Source: Bacteroidota bacterium (GTDB lineage: Bacteria; Bacteroidota; Ignavibacteria; UBA10030; SZUA-254). Taken from it: DNA of 64,000 nt. Below the pieces are notes generated by a model. The model searched no databases. It saw only the letters and a list, made by a program, of their open reading frames with translations, and was not told the origin of the DNA. The first letter of the stretch is position 1. Each line of letters opens with the position of its first letter. This document shows positions 39,882 through 47,823 of the stretch, piece after piece. The stretch is taken from contig DATIXJ010000015.1 of NCBI GenBank assembly GCA_035518715.1, positions 65,445 through 129,444 on the forward strand. The letters run 5' to 3'. The position numbers and the translations under genes are program-made.

Positions 39882-40456
39882 AGAGCAATTCGAACGGGCA
39901 AAAACTCGAGCGGGTCTTTAGGGACCTGCTCACGCTGATTGGTGAAGATCCGAAGCGCGAAGGGCTCCTGAGAACCCCGACCCGCGTCGCCGAGTCGTAT
40001 AAGTTCCTCACGCAAGGTTATCACCAGGACATTACCGCGTTATTAAATGGTGCGATCTTTACGGAGAAGTACGATGAGATGGTGATTGTGAAGGATATCG
40101 ATTTCTTCAGTCTCTGCGAACATCATATTCTCCCGTTTTACGGCTGGATTCACGTGGCGTATATCCCGAACGGGAAGATTCTCGGGCTCAGCAAAATTCC
40201 GCGCATCGTTGAAGTGTTTGCACGGCGGCTGCAGGTGCAGGAGCGGTTGACACAGCAGATTGCCGATACGCTGTTCGAAGTTCTCGAGCCCGATGGGGTT
40301 GCCGTTGTTGCCGAGGCAAGACATCTCTGCATGATGATGCGAGGAGTGGAAAAGCAGAACTCGGTTGCCACGACAAGTGCCATGCTCGGCTCATTCCGGG
40401 AGGATGAGCGGACGCGTAATGAATTTCTCAAGTTGATCAACAGCAAGCTTTCCTGA
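39878..40456 (+). CDS. folE: GTP cyclohydrolase I (type 1)
   Basis: [27 protein letters not shown], and [13 protein letters not shown] overlap with the upstream PTPS gene. Confidence 0.96.
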   Translation: MKSNSNGQKLERVFRDLLTLIGEDPKREGLLRTPTRVAESYKFLTQGYHQDITALLNGAIFTEKYDEMVIVKDIDFFSLCEHHILPFYGWIHVAYIPNGKILGLSKIPRIVEVFARRLQVQERLTQQIADTLFEVLEPDGVAVVAEARHLCMMMRGVEKQNSVATTSAMLGSFREDERTRNEFLKLINSKLS

Positions 40457-40457
40457 G

Positions 40458-41198
40458 ATGCAGCGGAAGAGCCCGCAGGTCTTTGCGCGCAAATCGGTCG
40501 TCTGGGTTGTGGGATCTTCGCGAGGCATAGGACGCGAGATTGCGGAACAATTTTCTTTTCTTGGATTGAATGTCTGCTGTTCCGGAAGGAACCGGAAAGA
40601 GCTCGCGGCGACCGTGAAAAGTATTTGGGAAAAGGGGGGAACCGCATTTTCCTTCCCGTGTGATATACGACATCCCCGCACTGTTCGAGCGGCTGCGGTC
40701 GCAATTGTCCGTCAGGTCGGTGACATCGATGTTCTCGTCAATAATGCGGGGATAACGGTCTTCAAATCGTTTACCAGTACGACGGAATCAGAGTTTTCTG
40801 CCATCCTTACCACGAATCTTCTTGGTCCCGTTTCCTGTATCAAGGCAGTTCTTCCGTCGATGATGAAACGAAAACACGGATGGATCATCAACATTCTTTC
40901 GAACGCCGCCGTCAAGGTCTTTGAGGGATCGACGGCATACACTGCTTCAAAAGCAGGCATGCTCGGGCTCTCGCGTGTTTTGCGTGAGGAGCTCCGACCG
41001 CATGGGGTAAAAGTCGTAAATGTGATTCCCGGTGCGACGGCTACAGGGATGTGGAGCCGGTCGGATCTGCGGAAATACAATCGGAGGATGATGAGCGCGA
41101 AAGGGGTTGCTGAATCCGTTGTTGCCGCGTACACGATGCCGGATGATGTTGTGGTTGATGAGATTCGGCTTCGTCCTCTTCAAGGCGACATAGACTAA
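40458..41198 (+). CDS. short-chain dehydrogenase/reductase (candidate sepiapterin-reductase-like)
   Basis: GSSRGIGREIA (TGxxxGxG variant), NNAG, and YTASKAG (YxxxK). It starts 1 nt after the folE stop. Confidence 0.8.
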   Translation: MQRKSPQVFARKSVVWVVGSSRGIGREIAEQFSFLGLNVCCSGRNRKELAATVKSIWEKGGTAFSFPCDIRHPRTVRAAAVAIVRQVGDIDVLVNNAGITVFKSFTSTTESEFSAILTTNLLGPVSCIKAVLPSMMKRKHGWIINILSNAAVKVFEGSTAYTASKAGMLGLSRVLREELRPHGVKVVNVIPGATATGMWSRSDLRKYNRRMMSAKGVAESVVAAYTMPDDVVVDEIRLRPLQGDID

Positions 41199-41230
41199 TC
41201 AGTTGACTTGGAGTTTGAAGGAAACTGTCA

Positions 41231-41944
41231 ATGAAGCTGCGAAATAAGACGGCTCTCGTTACTGGAGCGGGCAGGGGGATCGGGAAATCAATCGCTGTGG
41301 CACTTGCCCGCGAGGGCGCATCTGTTGTTGTTGCAGCACGGACATCATCGGAAGTTGACTCGGTTGCCCGCACGATCGTTGCCGGCGGTGGAAAAGCCAT
41401 CTCCATGACTTCGGATGTCTCCGTAGAGTCGGATGTCAGGAATCTCGTGGAGCGTGCTGTCAGGGAATTCGGAACCGTTGATATTCTCGTGAATAATGCC
41501 GGAATCGGATCGTTCGCCAATGTCGCAAATCTTGCCACGGACGACTTTGACGAAATGTGGAAAGTGAATATGCGAGGCGTCTTTCTCTGCACAAAGGCAG
41601 TGCTTCCCTGCATGACGAAACAGAAATCCGGCGATATCATCAATATTGCTTCGCTTGCAGGCCGAAACGCATTCGTGGGAGGTGCAGGATATGCGGCAAC
41701 AAAGTGGGCTCTCATCGGGTTTTCCCGATGTCTCATGCTCGAGGTGCGGGAATTCAATATCCGCGTCATCACACTTTGTCCCGGATCCGTTGATACCGGC
41801 TTTGGCAGAGGATCCGCGAAGCATTCCGATGCCATTCCGAAGGCGGAAGACATAGCCCAGGTAACGATCGATACCCTCCTGCTTCCGAGGAACGTGATGG
41901 TGAGTGAAGTCGACATTCGGCCGACCAATCCTTCCATGAAATGA
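41231..41944 (+). CDS. short-chain dehydrogenase/reductase (FabG-like)
   Basis: TGAGRGIGKSIA, NNAG, and YAATKWAL. Confidence 0.85.
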   Translation: MKLRNKTALVTGAGRGIGKSIAVALAREGASVVVAARTSSEVDSVARTIVAGGGKAISMTSDVSVESDVRNLVERAVREFGTVDILVNNAGIGSFANVANLATDDFDEMWKVNMRGVFLCTKAVLPCMTKQKSGDIINIASLAGRNAFVGGAGYAATKWALIGFSRCLMLEVREFNIRVITLCPGSVDTGFGRGSAKHSDAIPKAEDIAQVTIDTLLLPRNVMVSEVDIRPTNPSMK

Positions 41945-42056
41945 TCGGCCCGCCGACGTGATTTCCGCTCTTTGATAATCGGGATGAAGGATTCATTGGA
42001 TCGATCTGAAGCTCATTCGTATCGTCGGTGCACTCGTATCCGCGTGGTGTCGTTGT

Positions 42057-43043
42057 ATGGCTGAGCGAAAAACCGGGAAAGTGATTTACCGGCGTGCGCT
42101 TTCTCCGGTACTCGAAATCTTTCGTCTCGCACCGGAAGAAGGAAGTCCTTTTCCCGACTACAAGAGCGGACAGTTCCTTGCGCTCTCCCGCGATAACTGC
42201 CGGCTTACCAAGAAGATTCCTTCCCCCGATGGTTCTGCCGGCTACACGTATGAGGTCGATGAGCAGGGTCAGATCAAGCGCGGAACGGTAACGCACTCCT
42301 ACTCGATTGCTTCTGCACCCACGGAAACCCGTCAGCGGGGTTATCTCGAATTTTACGTCGTCCTCGAACTCATCAAGATCGAAACTCCGGGCCGCCTCTC
42401 CGAGTCGTTGTTCGAGGTCAACCCCGAAGTGGATAATAAAGTTCACTACATCAACAAGATCACAGGGGAATTTACGCTGGAGAAGCGTGCCGCCGGCTCG
42501 AAGAATATCATCATGGTCGGTACGGGAACGGGCCTGGCGCCGTTTGCATCGATGATGAAACAACTCTACTATGATGCACTCGATGGCACAGTGCATCCCG
42601 CGCGATTCACTCTCTTCCACGCAAACCGTACACTGAAGGAGCTCGGCTATCACGACGAGCTGAGGAGCATCGAGGCATCGGAAAAGCTCGATTTCGTGTA
42701 CGTGCCGTCTGTCAGCAGGCCGGGCAGCAATGAGAAGGACAACCCGCATCTCGGATTTGGCAGGGCGAATAATGTTCTCAGATCAGTTCTTGGAATGCCG
42801 CTGCAGGAAGAGGAACTTGCACAGACCGCAAGACGTGAACACGGCGATACAGCACGTGCAGACGCAGCGGTCAGACGGGCAGTTGAGCCCCGTCTCCCGC
42901 GTCAATTGAGAGGGGAAGATCTCCGGGAGCGGATCATCTCGGAATCCAGCGTGATTCTCGCCTGCGGGAACCCGTTGCTCATGGGAGATGTCAGACACAT
43001 CGCGGGGCAGAATTCGATTCGAGTCGAGATGGAGGAATGGTAG
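42057..43043 (+). CDS. ferredoxin--NADP(+) reductase-like flavoprotein (bacterial Fpr type)
   Basis: FAD motif HSYSIAS, NAD(P) motif MVGTGTGLAPFASM, and a C-terminal aromatic ...MEEW. Confidence 0.8.
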   Translation: MAERKTGKVIYRRALSPVLEIFRLAPEEGSPFPDYKSGQFLALSRDNCRLTKKIPSPDGSAGYTYEVDEQGQIKRGTVTHSYSIASAPTETRQRGYLEFYVVLELIKIETPGRLSESLFEVNPEVDNKVHYINKITGEFTLEKRAAGSKNIIMVGTGTGLAPFASMMKQLYYDALDGTVHPARFTLFHANRTLKELGYHDELRSIEASEKLDFVYVPSVSRPGSNEKDNPHLGFGRANNVLRSVLGMPLQEEELAQTARREHGDTARADAAVRRAVEPRLPRQLRGEDLRERIISESSVILACGNPLLMGDVRHIAGQNSIRVEMEEW

Positions 43044-43055
43044 AGCCCGCCCGGC

Positions 43056-43301
43056 TCATTCCTTCATCCCGGGATCGGCGTATAATCCGAGAATGCAGTT
43101 TCTGCAGAAATGCAGGAGCTTATAATCACCCACCTGCCGGATAATGAGTTTTTCTTTCGGGAATTCCCCGCGACAAATCGAGCACCGCTCCATTTCCTCA
43201 GCACCGGGAGTAGTTGATTTCTTTCCGAGTATTTTGAATCCAAAAAATGCTATGAGCAGGACGATGCCGAGGAACACTCCCCCGAGAATGGAGACGACCA
43301 T
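43056..43301 (-). CDS. small membrane-anchored zinc-ribbon protein (hypothetical)
   Basis: N-terminal TM helix, then CSICRG...(x22)...CRNC. Lies 3 nt downstream of the O-methyltransferase gene. Confidence 0.5.
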   Translation of the reverse strand: MVVSILGGVFLGIVLLIAFFGFKILGKKSTTPGAEEMERCSICRGEFPKEKLIIRQVGDYKLLHFCRNCILGLYADPGMKE

Positions 43302-43304
43302 ATC

Positions 43305-43931
43305 TCACACTTTGATACTGATGGAAACCCCGTCACGAAGGGGAATGATGGAGGTGAAAACTTCCTTGGATGATTGGATGAGCCGGTTGAACGTGAGAAT
43401 CCCCGCGGTGTCGGCATCCGGATGGGCATCGAATATCCGGCCGCTCCAGAGAACATTGTCGGCGATGAGCAGTCCGCCCTTCCGTAAACGGGGGAGCGCT
43501 TTGCGGAATGCCTTCGGATAAAATTGCTTGTGGATGTCGAGGAAGATCACATCGAACAGCCCGTCGGTTTTCTCCATCATGGTCAGTGCATCTCCGACAA
43601 GATAGGAAATGCGCTGGGACATCCGCGCGCGTGTAAAATACTTCCTCCCGGCATCGGCAAGTTCCTGACGATTGTCCGTGCAGATAACGTTCCCGTCTTT
43701 TCCGATCGCTTTTGCGAACCAGTATGCCGAGTATCCGAAACCGGAGCCAAGCTCGAGTATGCGTTGCGCATTGATGGACCCTGCCAGAAGGAAGAGCAGT
43801 CTCCCGACAAGTGGTCCGACAATCGGAAAGTCGTTCGCTGCAGCGTACTGTTCCATCTCGCTGAGGACCGCGTCACGGTCTGGAATCGTATTCGAAAGAT
43901 AATCCTGGATTTTCGGATCAAGAATATCCAT
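43305..43931 (-). CDS. class I SAM-dependent O-methyltransferase (family 3, caffeoyl-CoA OMT-like)
   Basis: ILELGSGFGYSAYWFA (motif I), DVIFLD, and GGLLIADNVLW. Confidence 0.85.
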   Translation of the reverse strand: MDILDPKIQDYLSNTIPDRDAVLSEMEQYAAANDFPIVGPLVGRLLFLLAGSINAQRILELGSGFGYSAYWFAKAIGKDGNVICTDNRQELADAGRKYFTRARMSQRISYLVGDALTMMEKTDGLFDVIFLDIHKQFYPKAFRKALPRLRKGGLLIADNVLWSGRIFDAHPDADTAGILTFNRLIQSSKEVFTSIIPLRDGVSISIKV

Positions 43932-44033
43932 ATCTGATTAATATATGAAGATCTCGTTGAAAATCAACGATTTCCGTAATCATTGCATCTGAATTTGCAA
44001 TTTTTCATCTTGAATGAAGAGAAAGGAAACTCT

Positions 44034-44582
44034 ATGAACCGTGCCGAGGCCCTGCAGATTCTGAAGGAGTATACAAAGAGCGATGCGCTCCTCAAACATA
44101 TGTATGCCGTTGAAGCAGCAATGCGCTGGTATGCAAAAAAGTACAGCGAGGATGAAGAGCGATGGGGTGTAACGGGGCTTCTCCATGATTTTGATTATGA
44201 GATGTATCCCACTGCTCCCGATCATCCATTGAAGGGATCGGAGATTCTGAAGGAGAAGGGTGTGGATGAAGAAACCCGGAAGGCGATTCTGGGCCATGCA
44301 ACATATACCGGAATCCCGAGGGATTCGCAAATGGCAAAGACGCTGTACGCATGCGACGAGCTTTGCGGATTCATTATGGCATGTTCGGTGATACGGCCGA
44401 ATAAGATCGCGGATCTCGAGGTGTCTTCCGTCAAGAAGAAGCTGAAAGACAAAGCGTTTGCCCGCAACGTGAGCCGTGAAGATATCAGCGAAGGTACTGC
44501 CGGACTGGGGATCCCCCTCGACGAGCACATCGGCAATGTCATACAGGCGATGAGAGCGATTTCTCCGGAGCTTGGACTTTGA
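44034..44582 (+). CDS. HD-domain phosphohydrolase
   Basis: H...LLHDFDYE (HD dyad) and a later GH/H..CDE. Start is the internal ATG 44034 with a GAAAGGAAA RBS. Confidence 0.75.
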   Translation: MNRAEALQILKEYTKSDALLKHMYAVEAAMRWYAKKYSEDEERWGVTGLLHDFDYEMYPTAPDHPLKGSEILKEKGVDEETRKAILGHATYTGIPRDSQMAKTLYACDELCGFIMACSVIRPNKIADLEVSSVKKKLKDKAFARNVSREDISEGTAGLGIPLDEHIGNVIQAMRAISPELGL

Positions 44583-44882
44583 AGATGAAGACGGAATCGG
44601 GGAAAATGAACCCGTTCAAGATCCTCCGGAATGAATTGGCTGATTCTGTTGTTCCAAGAAATGAAGCTCTTCTCTGCGATGCGGAGGGGTGCTCTATGTC
44701 ACAACCTGGTGTGCAAAAATGTGTTTTTATGCAGTACAGGATAACCGCCAAAATCCGCTCATGATGTATTTCGCAACGAAGATTGTGGAAGTGCTTGATT
44801 CTTCAACTGCTGCATGTTGTTGTCGGGGATATGGAGGGAATTCTCTGTTCTGGTGACTGTGCCGATGATGGTGATGATGCGC

Positions 44883-44923
44883 GAAGCCCTTTCTCAGAAC
44901 AGATGAAGGGCTTCAGTGTTTTT
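44883..44923 (+). terminator. terminator-like hairpin / candidate attenuator immediately upstream of the cysM RBS
   Basis: GAAGCCCTT (44883-44891) pairs perfectly with AAGGGCTTC (44906-44914), followed by AGTGTTTTTA. The GGAAGGA RBS and the ATG at 44932 follow directly. Confidence 0.55.
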
Positions 44924-44931
44924 ATGGAAGG

Positions 44932-45876
44932 ATGATTATGGAAACGACGAAACACACGACTCTTGCAACCGAGCGATACGACAGAAATTCGCTCCTGGGG
45001 CAGATCGGCAACACGCCGCTGCTCCGGCTGAGAAATATCACGGTCCCGGGGGTTGACATTTTTGCAAAAGCGGAATGGTTCAATCCGGGAGGGTCGGTGA
45101 AGGATCGCGCGGTTTTGCACATGCTTCTCGAGGCGGAGCGAGTCGGGCGACTACGGCACGATCTCAAGATCATCGATGCTACCAGCGGGAATACCGGCAT
45201 CGCTTATGCTATGATCGGCAGTCTCCTCGGATATTCGGTTGTACTTGCTATGCCCGCGAATGCAAGCGAGGGGCGCAAGCGAATTCTTCAGGCCTTCGGC
45301 GCCGAATTGATTCTCACCGATCCCATGGATGGGACCGACGGCGCACAGAAAAAAGTGAAGAGTATCGTTTCCGAATCGCCGAGGAAATATTTTTATCCCG
45401 ACCAGTACAATAATCCCCACAACTGGAAGGCGCATTACGAAACGACGGCTCCGGAGATCTGGTCCCAGACGAATGGAACGATCACACACTTTGTGGCCGG
45501 GCTCGGCACAACGGGCACGTTTATCGGAACTTCCCGGCGTCTCAAAGAGCTCAATCCCGGCATCCGGTGCATTTCGGTTCAGCCCGATCTCCCGATGCAC
45601 GGCATCGAGGGACTGAAGGACTTGTCCTCGGCGATTGTTCCGGGCATCTACGATCCGAAAGTTGCAGATGAAGAGCGGCTCGTTTCAACCGAAGCTGCCA
45701 TGGCGATGACTCGCCGGCTCGCAAGGGAAGAAGGACTCTTTACGGGAGTTTCGAGCGGTGCTGCGCTGGCAGTTGCGCTCCGGATCGCACAGGAGTTGAA
45801 TTCGGGTACGATTGTTACGATATTCCCCGATGGCGGTGACAAATATCTCAGCGAACAAACATGGCATGGAGACTGA
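44932..45876 (+). CDS. cysM: PLP-dependent cysteine synthase (CysM/CysK fold; candidate thiocarboxylate-dependent CysM)
   Basis: GNTPLLRL, PGGSVKDR (PLP Lys), SGNTG, and GLGTTGT. Confidence 0.9.
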   Translation: MIMETTKHTTLATERYDRNSLLGQIGNTPLLRLRNITVPGVDIFAKAEWFNPGGSVKDRAVLHMLLEAERVGRLRHDLKIIDATSGNTGIAYAMIGSLLGYSVVLAMPANASEGRKRILQAFGAELILTDPMDGTDGAQKKVKSIVSESPRKYFYPDQYNNPHNWKAHYETTAPEIWSQTNGTITHFVAGLGTTGTFIGTSRRLKELNPGIRCISVQPDLPMHGIEGLKDLSSAIVPGIYDPKVADEERLVSTEAAMAMTRRLAREEGLFTGVSSGAALAVALRIAQELNSGTIVTIFPDGGDKYLSEQTWHGD

Positions 45877-45879
45877 CTA

Positions 45880-46305
45880 GTGCTTCGAATCTCACATGAG
45901 CTTGTCCGCAGGATCTCGCTCCACGGGGAACAAACCTATCCGGAGGAGTGCTGCGGGGCGCTGTACGGAACAGAGGCCGAGGGTGTGCGAACTGTCCTGT
46001 ACGTTCAGGAGATTTCCAACACTCAGGATGTGAACCGCGAACGCCGGTTCTCTCTCACTGCCGATCAGTACAGGAGCGCCGAGCGCAAAGCGAAGGAACT
46101 GCATCTCACGCTTCTGGGGTTCTATCATTCACATCCGGATCATCCGGCGGAGCCGTCACAGTTCGACCTGGAGCATGCGTTTCCCTGGTTTTCGTACATC
46201 ATTCAAAACATCTCCGGCGGGAATGCGGGATTGCTGACTTCCTGGATACTCGACGAGACCCGGATGCGGTTTAACGAACAAACGGTAAGCGAGGAGACCA
46301 CCTAA
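45880..46305 (+). CDS. mec: JAMM/MPN+ metalloprotease (Mec/Mov34 family)
   Basis: GTG start. EECCG (catalytic Glu) and HSHPDHPAEPSQFD (H-x-H-x7-S-x2-D). Confidence 0.88.
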   Translation: MLRISHELVRRISLHGEQTYPEECCGALYGTEAEGVRTVLYVQEISNTQDVNRERRFSLTADQYRSAERKAKELHLTLLGFYHSHPDHPAEPSQFDLEHAFPWFSYIIQNISGGNAGLLTSWILDETRMRFNEQTVSEETT

Positions 46306-46315
46306 AGGTAAAACC

Positions 46316-47749
46316 ATGAGTGTCAACGTACTGATTCCGACTCCCCTGAGACCGTATGCCGACGCGCATGACCGCGTCGCGGTAGCGGGGAAGACGGTAG
46401 GAGAAACACTTTCCAATCTTGTTCTTCAATACCCTTCGCTGAAGAGGCACCTGTACGGTGACGACGGGAAGCTGAGGAATTATATCAATATTTACGTGAA
46501 CGACGAGGATATCCGCTATCTCGAAAAGGAAAAGACCCCGGTCACGGCAAACGATGTTGTCAGCATCGTTCCGTCTATTGCCGGCGGAAGCGGGGCAGCT
46601 ACGGCAGAACGTGTCGAGCTTTCGCGGGAAGAGATGTTGCGATACAGTCGCCACCTGATCATGCCGGAAGTCGGGCTGGAGGGGCAGAAGAAATTGAAAG
46701 CAGCGCGCGTCCTTCTGATCGGGGCCGGAGGGCTCGGTTCGCCCCTCGGCCTGTATCTGGCCGCAGCGGGCGTCGGGACAATCGGGATCGTGGATTTTGA
46801 CAAGGTTGATCTTACCAATCTCCACCGGCAGCTCTTGCACGGGACCACCGATGTGGGGAGATCGAAGCTCGACTCTGCACGTGACCGTCTTGCCGATGTC
46901 AATCCGCATGTCAACGTGGAGACCTACGAAATGCGTCTGACCTCTGAAAACGCTCTGGATCTCCTCGAACGATTTGACGTGATCATTGACGGGACGGATA
47001 ATTTCCCCACAAGGTATCTTGTCAACGATGCATGTGTACTGCTGGGGAAACCGAACGTTTATGGGAGCATTTTCCGGTTCGACGGGCAGGTTACCGTCTT
47101 TGACGCGCGGAAAGGGCCGTGCTACCGATGTCTTTACGCCGCGCCGCCGCCGCCGGGGCTCGTTCCGAGCTGTGCAGAAGGGGGCGTGCTGGGTGTACTC
47201 CCTGGTATCATCGGTACACTCCAGGCACTCGAAGCAATCAAGATTATCATCGGTCATGGTGAAGTTCTCGTCGGGCGGCTTGTCCTTTTTGATGCATTCA
47301 CCATGAAGTTTCGCGAGTTCAAACTGCGAAAGGATCCGCAGTGCCCGATCTGTTCGGCAAATCCCACAATCCATCAGCTGATTGATTACGAACAGTTCTG
47401 CGGCACTTCTCCGCATCCGACGAATGGAACGAGTGAATTTGAGATCTCTGTTCAGGAGCTGAAGTCCCGTCTTGACCGAGGAGATGATCTGCTTATCCTC
47501 GACGTGCGCGAAGCCCACGAATATGAGATCAACAATCTCAACGGGCTTCTCATCCCTCTCAACCAGCTTCCGGCTCGCGTGCATGAACTTGATTCGTCCC
47601 GCGAGATTATCGTTCATTGCAAGATGGGTGGCCGAAGCGCCCGCGCCGTGGAGTTTCTTCGCCAGAGCGGATTCAGGAAGGTGAAGAATCTCGTGGGCGG
47701 CATCGATGCGTGGGCGGAAAACATCGATCCCACCATGCCGCACTACTAG
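46316..47749 (+). CDS. triple fusion: ThiS/MoaD/CysO-like ubiquitin-fold sulfur carrier (aa 1-91, ends ..SIAGG) + MoeB/ThiF/MoeZ E1-like adenylyltransferase + rhodanese
   Basis: Beta-grasp-like N-terminus ending IAGG (GG codons 46583-46588). Then LSREEMLRYSRHL, LLIGAGGLGSP, two CxxC pairs (CYRC, CPIC), and a rhodanese loop HCKMGGRS. Confidence 0.88.
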   Translation: MSVNVLIPTPLRPYADAHDRVAVAGKTVGETLSNLVLQYPSLKRHLYGDDGKLRNYINIYVNDEDIRYLEKEKTPVTANDVVSIVPSIAGGSGAATAERVELSREEMLRYSRHLIMPEVGLEGQKKLKAARVLLIGAGGLGSPLGLYLAAAGVGTIGIVDFDKVDLTNLHRQLLHGTTDVGRSKLDSARDRLADVNPHVNVETYEMRLTSENALDLLERFDVIIDGTDNFPTRYLVNDACVLLGKPNVYGSIFRFDGQVTVFDARKGPCYRCLYAAPPPPGLVPSCAEGGVLGVLPGIIGTLQALEAIKIIIGHGEVLVGRLVLFDAFTMKFREFKLRKDPQCPICSANPTIHQLIDYEQFCGTSPHPTNGTSEFEISVQELKSRLDRGDDLLILDVREAHEYEINNLNGLLIPLNQLPARVHELDSSREIIVHCKMGGRSARAVEFLRQSGFRKVKNLVGGIDAWAENIDPTMPHY

Positions 47750-47823
47750 CAGTTTCTCCCCGAACCTTGTAACTCTTCAAATATTTCCCTACATTCTCCG
47801 ATTCACTTTGTGGAGAATTGTCT

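Noticed and set aside
44675-44720. The string GCGGAGGGG...CAACC.GGUGUGCAAAAAU in the cysM leader, reminiscent of the SAM-I (S-box) core.
   Set aside because: The helices required by the S-box model cannot be drawn: the P3 loop would be 1 nt, and there is no P1 closing pair or recognisable kink-turn. I report the leader only as an unclassified candidate.
44579-44764. A 61-codon Cys-containing ORF at the start of the cysM leader, considered as a possible Cys-sensing leader peptide.
   Set aside because: Its ATG overlaps the HD-gene stop with no RBS. The Cys codons are not clustered near a pause or terminator element, and the ORF ends 120 nt before the hairpin. I cannot support it without conservation data.
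46271-47743. A 490-aa ORF on the minus strand that mirrors almost exactly the Ubl-E1-rhodanese gene.
   Set aside because: The plus-strand frame carries several unmistakable family motifs (GAGGLGSP, CxxC pairs, HCKMGGRS, terminal-type GG). The antisense translation is Arg/Asp-rich, has no motif, and has no RBS or start context. Long stop-free antisense frames are expected in GC-rich coding DNA.
44932-47749. Whether the Ubl/E1/JAB genes form a ubiquitin-like anti-phage conjugation system (Bil- or CBASS-Cap2/Cap3-like).
   Set aside because: There is no E2-like or CD-NTase/effector gene. The E1 carries a rhodanese domain and the cluster begins with a cysteine synthase. All of this points to sulfur-carrier metabolism rather than target conjugation or defence.
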